NCBI GenBank assembly: GCA_963787255.1
Contig: CAWBCJ010000029.1
Coordinates: 128,001-192,000, forward strand
Direction: 5' to 3'
DNA: 64,000 bases
Source of the DNA: Methanobacteriota archaeon
GTDB lineage: Archaea; Methanobacteriota; Methanobacteria; Methanobacteriales; Methanobacteriaceae
The notes beneath the pieces were generated by a model. That model saw nothing but the letters and a program-made list of their open reading frames with translations, searched no databases and had not been told where the DNA came from. The translations under genes and the position numbers were made by a program. Shown here one piece after another: positions 32,893 to 42,913 of this stretch. How positions within the stretch are numbered: the first letter of the stretch is position 1; the number at the start of each line of letters is the position of its first letter.

Positions 32893-33735
32893 ATGAAAGT
32901 TAATGAAGTAATGAATGACGAAGTATTTTTAATTCAGGAAAACGAACAGGTAAGTCATGCCAGAAATTTAATGATTAAACACGGGCTAAGCAGAGTTATT
33001 GTCGTAGATAGAGACGATAATCCTGTTGGAATTGTTACAGAAAGAGATTTAACACGTAAATTAAGAGGAAATGGTCCCGCATGGAAAAGAAGGCCAATTG
33101 ATAAAATTTCAATTAGAAGGGTAATGAGTAACGGTCTTCGAACCATAGAAGATGATAAAGACGTGAAAGATGCAGTAGAAATCATGATACGGAACAAAAT
33201 AAGCTCTGTACCTGTTGTAGATTCTGAAGGACTGGCGGGGATGTTAACAAAAACTGACCTCATGAAATTTTACATAGAAAAATACGCCAACAGATGGAAA
33301 GTTTCAGACCTCATGGCCAAAGATGTGGTAACTGTAAACGAAAATCACACCATAACTCACGTTATAAAGGTTATGGATGAAAATAACATAGATGGACTTG
33401 TTGTAATGTTCGACAGTGAAATCGCTGGAGTAATAACACCTGCAGACATTTCCTTTGCCATGGTAGATGACCCTGAAACTGGTGTCAGTGTGGAAAGAAT
33501 CTACTTTATTAGACAGCTTGCTGATGGTGGGGACAAAAGAAAAACCAGAGAAGTTTCAATGCTCACTGCAGGAGACATCATGACTGAAGAGTACATAAAA
33601 ATCAGCTCAAACACTGATGCAGTTGAAGCTGCAAAACTCATGTCTGAGGAAGGAGCAAGCCACATTCCTGTAGTTGAAGGTGAAGATCTGGTTGGAATAA
33701 TCACCAAAACTGACATAATCAAAGGAATTCAATAA
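32893..33735 (+). CDS. Four-CBS-domain protein
   Basis: GIVTERD and GIITKTD repeats. Confidence 0.88.
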   Translation: MKVNEVMNDEVFLIQENEQVSHARNLMIKHGLSRVIVVDRDDNPVGIVTERDLTRKLRGNGPAWKRRPIDKISIRRVMSNGLRTIEDDKDVKDAVEIMIRNKISSVPVVDSEGLAGMLTKTDLMKFYIEKYANRWKVSDLMAKDVVTVNENHTITHVIKVMDENNIDGLVVMFDSEIAGVITPADISFAMVDDPETGVSVERIYFIRQLADGGDKRKTREVSMLTAGDIMTEEYIKISSNTDAVEAAKLMSEEGASHIPVVEGEDLVGIITKTDIIKGIQ

Positions 33736-33783
33736 ATTAAATGAATTTATGGCAATTATAAATAATTTGAGTGAGGGATAAAC

Positions 33784-34608
33784 ATGCATGTAAAAGATAT
33801 AATGAGCAGGGAAGTTTTTGTAATAGATAAAGACCAGAACATTCACGATGCATTAAAACTCATGAAAAAACATAAAATTTCAAGGTTACCCGTTGTAAAC
33901 GTGAACGGGGAAAACAAAAGGGAATTAGTAGGTATAATAACCGAAAAAGATATTGCAATAAGGCTTGGTTCATCAAGATACGGTAATTTAGCCCCTTCAC
34001 ATTTCCATATCTCCACAGTTATGAGTACTGATCCGCTAACCATTGGAAGCACCAAAAGTCTTGGAACCGCCGCAAAAATCATGAATGAAAATAAAATCGG
34101 CGGAGTACCGGTTGTAGATGACGGGGAGATTGTAGGCATAATAACAAAAACAGATTTCATTAAAACATGCCAGGGAGTACCTTACAATAATACTCCAATC
34201 AAAGAATGGATGAAAACCAAGCTCATGACCATCAGTCCTGAAGATAGGATAGTTCATGCAAGAAGAATGATAATAGACGAGGAAATAGGAAGATTACCCG
34301 TAATGAGCGGTGGTGAACTTGAAGGAATAATAAGCGCTAAAGACATTGCAAAATCAATGATATCCTTTAGAAAAGTCGTTCCAGACAAATATCAGTCAGC
34401 CAGAATAAGAAATCTCATTGTAGAAGACATAATGACTCAAAATGTGCGGACAATTCCTGAAAACGACACATTAGAAGATGCTTCAACATTGATGATAAAA
34501 GAAAACTTCAGTGGAATACCCGTTATGGACAGTACAAACAATATCACCGGCATTATAACCAAAACAGATCTCATGAATTTCATTGTTGACCTGGAGGAGG
34601 TTCGCTGA
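33784..34608 (+). CDS. Four-CBS-domain protein
   Basis: SRLPVV and GIITEKD repeats. Confidence 0.88.
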   Translation: MHVKDIMSREVFVIDKDQNIHDALKLMKKHKISRLPVVNVNGENKRELVGIITEKDIAIRLGSSRYGNLAPSHFHISTVMSTDPLTIGSTKSLGTAAKIMNENKIGGVPVVDDGEIVGIITKTDFIKTCQGVPYNNTPIKEWMKTKLMTISPEDRIVHARRMIIDEEIGRLPVMSGGELEGIISAKDIAKSMISFRKVVPDKYQSARIRNLIVEDIMTQNVRTIPENDTLEDASTLMIKENFSGIPVMDSTNNITGIITKTDLMNFIVDLEEVR

Positions 34609-35861
34609 ATTTACCTGAAATTAAGTGTCCAAACTGCAAATCAAAGATGAACATTGATTGGAGGAGAAATAACTCCCTCAATAATTTCTTTTTTAATTGT
34701 TCATCCTGTGATTTAGAATCCAGAGTAGTAATTGAGGATTTTTTAGATAAAAAACTTCAAAAAATCCTTGGAGTAAAGGCTGAAAAGCTGAACCATGCTA
34801 TAGAAAAAGGAATTATTAAGTTCTTTGACTTTCACGGCACACCCGCGCTCCAATTTAAAAAAGACGTTGGTAAAATTGAAGCTGGAACTGCAATTTATTT
34901 TAAAGATAATGTAGAAGTTATAAGGGGCTTTCCAAAGACCCGAAGAACTTTAATGTTGTCTCCAACACTTACAAATCATTTTAAAGATAAAATTGTTGTT
35001 GAAGAGAAGATGAATGGGTACAATGTACGTATAGCTTCACTCGGCGATGAAATAATAGCTCTAACTAGACGGGGATACATGTGCCCTTACACCACAAAAA
35101 AAGCCGTTGAAATAATGGATCTTAACGATTTTTTTAATGATAACCCTGATCTTGTAATTTGCGGCGAAATGGTAGGTACAGACAATCCTTATGTTTCTCA
35201 TTACTACGAAGAAATCGGAAGCCTCGGTTTTAGAGTGTTTGATCTGCGAAAAAAAATTACAAATGATCCTCTCCCGCTTAAAAATAAATATGAGATTCTT
35301 GAAAAATATGGACTTCCCAGCGTCCGTGTTCTTGCAACTTTAAATACTAAAGAAGCCTCTGAAAAAATAAAAGAGATAATTAAAGAAATTGGGGAAAAAA
35401 ACAGAGAAGGAGTGGTAATTAAAGATCCTAAAATGGAAGTTATTCCACTTAAATATACTTCTTCCCAAGCTCATGACGACGAGATAAATTATGCCTTCAC
35501 ATATCCCTTTGATTTTGGAAAAGATTTCTTCTTCAGCAGAGTTATAAGAGAAGGTTTTCAGGCTTTTGAAATGGATGAAAGTGAAGAAGAGCTTCAAGAG
35601 AGAGCCAATAGGCTTGGAAGATCAATTCTGTATTCCATGGTAGATACTATCAAAAATGTGGCCTCTGGAAACATTGCAAGCGAAGACATGGTTATAGACG
35701 TTGAAACTAGAGAAGAAGCTGAAGAATTTCTGCGCCATTTACACGATCTTGGGGTGTACGCACTTTTAATTAAATTTGAAGATAAAAAAGCCGTTATAAG
35801 GAGAATACATCAATCTACAACAGATAAAATCAGCAATTTCCTCAATGGCGGGCTTTATTAA
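34605..35861 (+). CDS. ATP-dependent RNA ligase (Rnl3/Pab1020 family) with N-terminal zinc-ribbon extension
   Basis: EEKMNGYNVR motif I, CGEMVG, FDL and REGVVIK. Start inferred at CTG 34605; first ATG is 34647. Confidence 0.88.
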   Translation: MNLPEIKCPNCKSKMNIDWRRNNSLNNFFFNCSSCDLESRVVIEDFLDKKLQKILGVKAEKLNHAIEKGIIKFFDFHGTPALQFKKDVGKIEAGTAIYFKDNVEVIRGFPKTRRTLMLSPTLTNHFKDKIVVEEKMNGYNVRIASLGDEIIALTRRGYMCPYTTKKAVEIMDLNDFFNDNPDLVICGEMVGTDNPYVSHYYEEIGSLGFRVFDLRKKITNDPLPLKNKYEILEKYGLPSVRVLATLNTKEASEKIKEIIKEIGEKNREGVVIKDPKMEVIPLKYTSSQAHDDEINYAFTYPFDFGKDFFFSRVIREGFQAFEMDESEEELQERANRLGRSILYSMVDTIKNVASGNIASEDMVIDVETREEAEEFLRHLHDLGVYALLIKFEDKKAVIRRIHQSTTDKISNFLNGGLY

Positions 35862-36008
35862 ATATCTATTTTTTTTCCAAAAATTTTATATCTTTTTTTG
35901 TAATTTTATTTTAAATATAATGAGTACATAAAACCATCAACATTATAAAATGTTTAATTCAAATAGAAAATTTTTCTATATTAGTTTAAAAATATCCTCG
36001 GGAAAAAT

Positions 36009-36854
36009 ATGTCAAATGATTTACAAAAAATAAGGAAGATAGGATTCCTCGGCCCTTCAGGCACCTATGCAGAAGAAGCAGCTTCAAAATTAGTTGGAGA
36101 ATTAATAGCATTTAATTCTGTAATGGAAGTAATGGAAGCAGTTAAGCAAGGAAAAGTTGATATTGGTGTGGTTCCAATTGAAAATTCCATTGAAGGCCCT
36201 GTAGGTGTTACTCTTGACCTTTTAGCCCATGATTATGATTTAAAAATCAACGGCGAAATAATTTTACCAATAAGTCATAAACTTCTTATAAACCCCCGAT
36301 CATCCATGCAAGACATTGAAATGGTTTATTCTCATGCCCAGGCACTCTCACAGTGCCGAAAATTCATAGAAAAGATGGATGCTAAGCCAGTTGCAACACC
36401 AAGCACTTCAGGAGCTGCAGAAATGGTTAAAGGCCAAAAAAATGCCGCTGCAATTGGAACACAAAAAGCTGCAGATTTATATGGCTTAAAGATCGCTGCT
36501 CAAGATATCCCCGATTATAATGATAATTCAACTCGATTTATTGTTGTGAGCAAACACGATCATGAACCTACCGGCCATGATAAAACTTCTGTTGTTTTTT
36601 CATTGATTGAAGACAGGCCCGGAGGTCTTTACGATGTTCTGGGTGCATTTGCAAAATGCAATGTCAATTTGACCAAAATTGAGTCACGGCCTTCCAAAAA
36701 AAAGCTTGGAAATTATATCTTTTTTATTGATTTTCAAGGTCATAAGGCCGATAAAGAGGTAAAGAACATTTTAAATAACATAAAAAACAAGATATCTTAT
36801 GTTAAGATTCTGGGTTCATATCCCATAGAAGGGGATGATTTAAATAAGTATTGA
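36009..36854 (+). CDS. pheA: Prephenate dehydratase
   Basis: LGPSGTY, PIENSIEG, SHAQALSQC, NSTRF and ACT-domain LTKIESRP. Confidence 0.95.
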   Translation: MSNDLQKIRKIGFLGPSGTYAEEAASKLVGELIAFNSVMEVMEAVKQGKVDIGVVPIENSIEGPVGVTLDLLAHDYDLKINGEIILPISHKLLINPRSSMQDIEMVYSHAQALSQCRKFIEKMDAKPVATPSTSGAAEMVKGQKNAAAIGTQKAADLYGLKIAAQDIPDYNDNSTRFIVVSKHDHEPTGHDKTSVVFSLIEDRPGGLYDVLGAFAKCNVNLTKIESRPSKKKLGNYIFFIDFQGHKADKEVKNILNNIKNKISYVKILGSYPIEGDDLNKY

Positions 36855-37494
36855 AAGAGATAAGATTACAAAAAGCCTCAATGAACTTGAAATTGAATTT
36901 AAAAATGGTAATATACCAAAAACCCATTATGAATTTCAGAAGAGGCAATTAACTGAAAAGCTTGAGACTTTAGCTGTTGCAGAAAGAGTAATGAAACTTC
37001 AGGGAAAGAAAACTGCTGAAGCGCCAGTTGAAACAAGTGATGATAAAGAAAATGAGGAATTGTTTAGAAAATACATCACATCTCCAGGGCTTAAAGAAAA
37101 GAATATTGAAAATAATAAAAAGAAGGGAATTTCCCAAAACACCATGGTTGCAACCGCTCTTTTAATTGTAGCCTTCGTTGTGGGTATTGGTTTTGGTATT
37201 TATACCCTTAATATACCTGAAGAGGTTTCCAGCGTTTCTTTATATACAAATGACAGTGCTTTTCCGCCTTTTGTGCTCAATAACACTACTAACGTGACAA
37301 ATACAACTAACAGCACCAAAATGCTGAACACTACTAAAAAAGTTACCACTCCAGTAACTCAACCTACACAAACAAATACAACACCACCTAAGAATACAAC
37401 TAGTAATACAACAACTAAACAGCAAGCAGCAGGCGAGCCAGGTACTCAAAAAACCACCAAGACACAAACAAGTTCAGGTAATTCAAGCCCATGA
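36844..37494 (+). CDS. Membrane-anchored protein with SHOCT-like N-terminus and Thr/Asn-rich tail (start uncertain)
   Basis: Frame is open from 36844 (LNELEIEFKNGNIPKTHYEFQKRQL); one TM segment; many NxT sequons. Confidence 0.65.
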   Translation: MSIERDKITKSLNELEIEFKNGNIPKTHYEFQKRQLTEKLETLAVAERVMKLQGKKTAEAPVETSDDKENEELFRKYITSPGLKEKNIENNKKKGISQNTMVATALLIVAFVVGIGFGIYTLNIPEEVSSVSLYTNDSAFPPFVLNNTTNVTNTTNSTKMLNTTKKVTTPVTQPTQTNTTPPKNTTSNTTTKQQAAGEPGTQKTTKTQTSSGNSSP

Positions 37495-37683
37495 TAGAAC
37501 TTAAAAAAAGTTGAAATATACTTTAACTACATTTTTTTTAATAACAAACAATAATTTCAAGAATTCAGCAAAAAAACACGATTATACAGTAATATATTCA
37601 CTTTTTCTCCTCTTTACAATACTAAAGAAAATAGAAAATTATATATCTGGTTTTCAGATGATAATAGATAGAGGTAGATAAAT

Positions 37684-38232
37684 TTGAAGAAATACTTACT
37701 TGTATTAATCCTCATATCGGCTGTTGTTTTGGCATCTGGATGTACAAACAGTGGAAATCAAACATCTGGAAGTGTACAGAATAAAACTAAAGTGTACAGC
37801 GGAGAGGAGATAACATTTGAATATCCGGGAGGGTGGCAAACCATAGCAAGCCAGGCAAGGGACAGTGCAGTTGCAGTAGGCGATCCAAATTCTGCTGACG
37901 GTAATGGTAATGCCCAAGTAAATGTAGTAGTACAAAAAACTATAAAACCGCAGAATGCTACATTTAAAGACTATTATAATGCTACTTACGCCCAATTTGC
38001 ATCTCAAAATCTGGGTTTTATACCCATATCCGACGGTACCGTAGTAGTAAATGGAATTACCGCCTTTGAAAATATTTATAAAATTAATTCCGGCAGCCAA
38101 AAACAGGAACGTGCTGTATGGATCCTGAAAAACGACAGAATATACATTATACTTTGCAGCGCACCGGTATCAAAATTCAGCAGCCAGCAGGCGAACTTTG
38201 ATAGCATAGTTAACAGCTTCAAAGTCCTTTAA
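37684..38232 (+). CDS. PsbP/Mog1-like lipoprotein
   Basis: Lipobox LASGC, FEYPGGW and C-terminal FDSIVNSFKV. Confidence 0.8.
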   Translation: MKKYLLVLILISAVVLASGCTNSGNQTSGSVQNKTKVYSGEEITFEYPGGWQTIASQARDSAVAVGDPNSADGNGNAQVNVVVQKTIKPQNATFKDYYNATYAQFASQNLGFIPISDGTVVVNGITAFENIYKINSGSQKQERAVWILKNDRIYIILCSAPVSKFSSQQANFDSIVNSFKVL

Positions 38233-38399
38233 TTATTAATTTTAATCAAATTTGTATCTAATATTTTCATTTTATAGTAAAAGTAAGTAAAGTTTTATAC
38301 TTTCCACACCAATTATAATGCAAAATAGTGATTTTAAGCTAGCTTATAAAATAGAATTTATAATTAAGTAGGTTCTTAAATCTAATTTACGGTGATATA

Positions 38400-38957
38400 T
38401 TGAAGAAAAACCTTTATATTATATTAATTCTTGTTGTTGCCATTTTTCTAGCTTTTTTTTATTTAAAAAGCCCGGATACATTAAGCAATATCACATCAGG
38501 AGATAATAATTTAAATACCTATTCTGCAAACGGTGTTTCATTTAATTACTCTGAAAACTGGGTACTGGTTAATGAAACTGGTAAATATGTAATTGCATAT
38601 CTCAAGGACACCACTGTAAATGAAACAGATAATAAACCCGGTGCCGTGGTTGAAATCTCCAAAAAAGCCTCCGAGGGTATTCCTCTAGAAAAATTTTATG
38701 ATGAAGTTAAGGTAGGTGCTTCAGGAGTGCCAGGATATCAACAATTATCTGAAAGAAAAACAGAAGTAGATAATGAAACTGCTTATGAATTTACTGCAAG
38801 TGGAATTGATAATGGTGTTGAAGAACAGTTTAGAGTAATTTTATTTGAAAAAGGAGGATATATATACATGATAGCATGCGGAACACGCGCTCCCACTTCT
38901 CTTGCTGATAAAAACAGTGATTTTAACATTATAATCAATAGCTTTAAGGTTCAATAG
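38400..38957 (+). CDS. PsbP/Mog1-like surface protein
   Basis: Signal anchor, SFNYSENW and FNIIINSFKV. Confidence 0.8.
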   Translation: MKKNLYIILILVVAIFLAFFYLKSPDTLSNITSGDNNLNTYSANGVSFNYSENWVLVNETGKYVIAYLKDTTVNETDNKPGAVVEISKKASEGIPLEKFYDEVKVGASGVPGYQQLSERKTEVDNETAYEFTASGIDNGVEEQFRVILFEKGGYIYMIACGTRAPTSLADKNSDFNIIINSFKVQ

Positions 38958-39161
38958 GTAAAAAGTCTATTAATCTCTTTTTTTGCCAATATTACCAGAT
39001 TTTTCATAATAAAAAAAATATTCGTTTTTTACAAGATAAAAGAATTGTTAGCCCTTTTTTTGTTTTTTTTCAAATAAATTTACATGATTTTTTTTTGAAA
39101 AAAGAAAAATATATTAGTCTGTTTTTTAGAAGATGTTACATATAACTCCAGAGGTAGTCAA

Positions 39162-39842
39162 TTGAGCGGCCCACTAAAAAAAGATAACAGAAATCTCCTT
39201 AGAAGTCCTACAAATAATGGTAATAAAAGGAAAATAATCCCTTTAGGGGTTAAATATCGAAGAGAATTAATTGCAGGATTGATTGCAATTTTAATAGCAC
39301 TTTTAATTATCCTGCTAACCAGCAGTGGGAATACTGTAGAAAATAATACTACTGTAACCAATCAAACCACTGAAATACCAACTAAAATGTATTCTGCAGG
39401 TGGAATATACCTGGAATATCCCGCATCATGGAATGTTACTACTGACGAAGTAAATGGCAACAGCATGCAGATTGTGATACAGGACTCATCCTCAGCAAAT
39501 AATCCTAACAGCACCCAATTAGCAGCATTTACAATACTAAAAGTGCAGAAAGACCCCTATGAAACATTAGAACAGCGGAAAGACAGTTTTATTCAAAGTT
39601 TAACAAGTTCTGGTGCAAACATAGTTCCCACAAATACAACTAACAAAACATTAGGGGGAATAAATGCCACAGAAACTATTTACAATGGTAATGGGCCTAA
39701 ATACGAACAAATACAACTTAAACTGGTGTATTTCGAGCAGAATAGCATAATTTATATTATGGCATTTCTTACCAAGGGGATGGATTTACAAAGCCAAGCA
39801 CCTTACTTTGACGTTATTTTAAATAGTTTCAAACTCCAGTAA
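39162..39842 (+). CDS. PsbP/Mog1-like membrane-anchored protein
   Basis: TM segment, LEYPASW and FDVILNSFKL. Confidence 0.8.
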   Translation: MSGPLKKDNRNLLRSPTNNGNKRKIIPLGVKYRRELIAGLIAILIALLIILLTSSGNTVENNTTVTNQTTEIPTKMYSAGGIYLEYPASWNVTTDEVNGNSMQIVIQDSSSANNPNSTQLAAFTILKVQKDPYETLEQRKDSFIQSLTSSGANIVPTNTTNKTLGGINATETIYNGNGPKYEQIQLKLVYFEQNSIIYIMAFLTKGMDLQSQAPYFDVILNSFKLQ

Positions 39843-40337
39843 AACTAATTTTTTTTAAGATCTAGATTTTAAAAACTTTAGAATATAGATTAATATTCTT
39901 TTTATTTCGGCGTTAAGATAATGAAAATAAATGAGACAAAATTAAAATTTTATCTTTTAACTAAAGATTTAGAAAAATGAAATTTTTTTAATTATTCAGA
40001 GATTATAATAGCATAATATATATTAATGAACAGAATATATATTTGTTATATTGTATTTGAAAGACAGAATGGAAAACTAACAAAGCTGCCTAAATCTGCT
40101 TTTTATTTTAGCTGCATCGAGTGATGTACAAAATAGAAAATCACCTTTTTACCTAAAAAGTTATAATAATGCTGTAAAAGCAATTTTGGGAATTTAATGG
40201 AATTAAAATTAGGAAAATAAATCGCAGTAACGTTTTTGGGAGGGCATGCTACCTATTTGGAGGTTGAATTTGTTGGATGATGCAATTTTTAAATATAATT
40301 TTTAAAATTATCAAGAAAATACTAAGGAGGAATGAAG

Positions 40338-40835
40338 ATGGTATTGCCAGTATGCGATGTCTGTTTAAAAAGTGGAATGTTATGTCAGGGTTGTGAAAAC
40401 AAATTAAAAAGTGGTGAAATAACCCAGCTGGACTTAGACATTGCTAAATTACTTTTCAAACTTGGCGACGGTAAAATAGGATTTAAAAAGACAATAGAAA
40501 TAGGAGACGTCGTTATAATCGTAACAGATAAAGATCAAGTTGGAAAGATCATAGGGAAAAGTGGGAAAATAGTAAGAGCAATATCAAAAAAGGTTGGAAA
40601 GAAAATAAGAGTTATAGGGGAAGGTTCTGACTTCAAAGAGATTGCAAGAGATCTTTTAGCTCCTGCAAGGATTTCAGGAATAAATATAGTCTATGGAATG
40701 GGCGATGAGGAAAAATACAAAATTAGAGTTATGAAGGAAGATTCAAGGAGACTTCCAGCAAGATTAGATGTTTTAAACGACATCATGAATCAATTAACCG
40801 ATGAAAAAACTGTTATTGTTATTGATGACCTTTAA
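40338..40835 (+). CDS. Archaeal NusA-like KH-domain protein with N-terminal Zn site
   Basis: PVCDVC..SGMLCQGC and KH motif IIGKSG. Confidence 0.85.
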   Translation: MVLPVCDVCLKSGMLCQGCENKLKSGEITQLDLDIAKLLFKLGDGKIGFKKTIEIGDVVIIVTDKDQVGKIIGKSGKIVRAISKKVGKKIRVIGEGSDFKEIARDLLAPARISGINIVYGMGDEEKYKIRVMKEDSRRLPARLDVLNDIMNQLTDEKTVIVIDDL

Positions 40836-40866
40836 ATAGCAATTTTCGCGCCATAAGAGGACAAAT

Positions 40867-42015
40867 ATGGAAATTGTACTTTGTGTTACAGGGAGTATAG
40901 CTGCAACAGAATCTATTAAACTCACAAGAGAGTTTAAAAGGCAAGGGATTGATGTTAAATGCTTCATGAGTGATGGAGCATCCGAAATAATCCATCCTTA
41001 CGCTATGGAATTTGCAACCGGGCAAAAAGTAGTTACAGAACTTACAGGAGAAATTGAGCACGTTAAATACTCAACTTCAGATCTTGTAATTGTTGCACCG
41101 GCTACTGCAAACGTTATAAGTAAATTCGCCCATAAAATTGCAGATAACCCGATTAACACCCTTTTAATTACAGCTTTTGGTAATAAAACACCTATTTTAA
41201 TAGTTCCATCTATGCACAATTCCATGTACAAAGCAGTTAAGGGAAATATTGAAACCCTTAAATGCGAAAATATTAGTTTTGTTAAGCCTAAAATAGAAGA
41301 AAAAAAGGCAAAATTCCCGGATATTCAGGATATCGTTCTCCATGCCATGCGAAAATTAGATGAAAACAATTTAGAAGGCAAAAAAGTGCTTGTAAGCGCT
41401 GGTGCAACTTATGAGAAGATTGATGAAGTTAGAGGTATTACTAATAGAAGCTCCGGCAAAATGGGTGTTGAAATTGCAAAAGAAGCATTTATTAGAGGTG
41501 CTGATGTTACTTTAATTAAAGGTAAAATGACTGCAGACGTTCCAAATATTTTTAACATCGTAGATGTTGAATCTGTTGAAGAAATGTATGATGCAGTGCT
41601 TGAACAGGTTAAAGATAATGATATATTTATTTCAGCTGCTGCTGTTTCTGATTTTGTCCCTAAAGTAGAAAATAAGGAAAATAAAATTTCATCAGATGCT
41701 GAAATCACTTTAAAGCTTGAAAAAGCGCCGAAAATCATTAGTGAAGTGAAGAAAATAAATCCTGAAATTTTTCTTGTAGGATTTAAAGCCGAATATGATC
41801 TTTCTCGTGAGGAATTGGTTAAATCAGCTTCAAAAAGAGTTGAAGAATTTGATATTGACCTTATGGTTGCAAATGATGTTGCAATTGAAGGTGCGGGTTT
41901 TGGATTTGATGAAAATCAGGTTATTTTAATTGATGAGGATATTATTGATGTTTCTTTGAGTTCTAAAAAGGAAATTGCGGCTAAAATAGTTGATAGGATT
42001 ATTGAAAAACTTTAA
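40867..42015 (+). CDS. coaBC: Phosphopantothenoylcysteine decarboxylase/ligase
   Basis: TGSIAA, APATAN, PSMH, NRSSGKMG, AAAVSDF and GFKAE motifs. Confidence 0.95.
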   Translation: MEIVLCVTGSIAATESIKLTREFKRQGIDVKCFMSDGASEIIHPYAMEFATGQKVVTELTGEIEHVKYSTSDLVIVAPATANVISKFAHKIADNPINTLLITAFGNKTPILIVPSMHNSMYKAVKGNIETLKCENISFVKPKIEEKKAKFPDIQDIVLHAMRKLDENNLEGKKVLVSAGATYEKIDEVRGITNRSSGKMGVEIAKEAFIRGADVTLIKGKMTADVPNIFNIVDVESVEEMYDAVLEQVKDNDIFISAAAVSDFVPKVENKENKISSDAEITLKLEKAPKIISEVKKINPEIFLVGFKAEYDLSREELVKSASKRVEEFDIDLMVANDVAIEGAGFGFDENQVILIDEDIIDVSLSSKKEIAAKIVDRIIEKL

Positions 42016-42052
42016 TTAATAAATTCTGTTTTAAGTTTTTAAAATTCATTAT

Positions 42053-42187
42053 TTATTCTTCATCTTCCTCAATTATAATTGCTCCTTGATATCCACAATC
42101 ATAACACTCCCATAAAGACCACATTTGTGGCATGACCCATTTAATGTTTGTAGACCCACATTTTGGACATTTTTTAACCTTAATCAT
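42053..42187 (-). CDS. 44-aa zinc-finger microprotein (not in ORF track)
   Basis: MIKVKKCPKCGSTNIKWVMPQMWSLWECYDCGYQGAIIIEEDEE; GAGGTGA SD. Confidence 0.8.
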   Translation of the reverse strand: MIKVKKCPKCGSTNIKWVMPQMWSLWECYDCGYQGAIIIEEDEE

Positions 42188-42198
42188 CGTGATTCACC

Positions 42199-42864
42199 TC
42201 AAAAACTGAATTCACAAACAAGAGCCATGTGATCCTTTTCATAAGGCTCAAGCTTTATCTTTTCAAGCACATTAAATCCAGATGTTTTCAATTTTGATTC
42301 CTCTTCCTTAAATATCTTATTCGGAGCTTTTGTAACATCGATACTCCTTGCTTTTATCATCAGTATTCCAATACCATCTTCTTTCGAATATAAACGCATG
42401 TTATCCATAAAAAGCTCTGATTGATTCGGCTGAGCCACGTCAGCATAAACTACATCCACTTTTTGAACCATATTCATGTAATTACGTGGTTTTGTGGCAT
42501 CATCGAGAATTGGAATCATATTTTCCCGCTGGTTGCATAAATCTACCAGTTTTCGCATCATTTTTGGTGAAAACTCAATGCAGTAAATTAAACCATCTTT
42601 TGAAATGTCAGAGATGTGGGAAGGAGTTGTACCTGCAGATGCGCCTAAATAAAGCACTTTTGAATCTTCTTTAAATGGAAAAGTACTCAAACCATTTAAA
42701 ATAGCCGAAGAAAGTTTTGAACGCCTTGGATCCCATATTCTGTATTCATTATCTTCAATTTCAACTAATCTTTCGTCATAAACTTTAGTTCCAGGATTCA
42801 AATTTAAAGTAGCAATGTGATTATCAATTTCATAAACACCAGTAAATTTTTGAATTATTTCCAT
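42199..42864 (-). CDS. flpA: Fibrillarin-like rRNA/tRNA 2'-O-methyltransferase
   Basis: YRIWDPRRSKL, VLYLGASAGTTPSH, DVAQP, IKARSID and EPYEKDH motifs. Confidence 0.95.
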   Translation of the reverse strand: MEIIQKFTGVYEIDNHIATLNLNPGTKVYDERLVEIEDNEYRIWDPRRSKLSSAILNGLSTFPFKEDSKVLYLGASAGTTPSHISDISKDGLIYCIEFSPKMMRKLVDLCNQRENMIPILDDATKPRNYMNMVQKVDVVYADVAQPNQSELFMDNMRLYSKEDGIGILMIKARSIDVTKAPNKIFKEEESKLKTSGFNVLEKIKLEPYEKDHMALVCEFSF

Positions 42865-42913
42865 TTTAATTGTCTCCAATGATATTAATTTATTAAATAA
42901 TCCATTTCAGCTT

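Noticed and set aside
39843-40331. Long spacer upstream of the nusA-like gene as a possible ncRNA or box C/D sRNA
   Set aside because: Only short weak hairpins and no convincing paired C/D boxes; nothing supportable.
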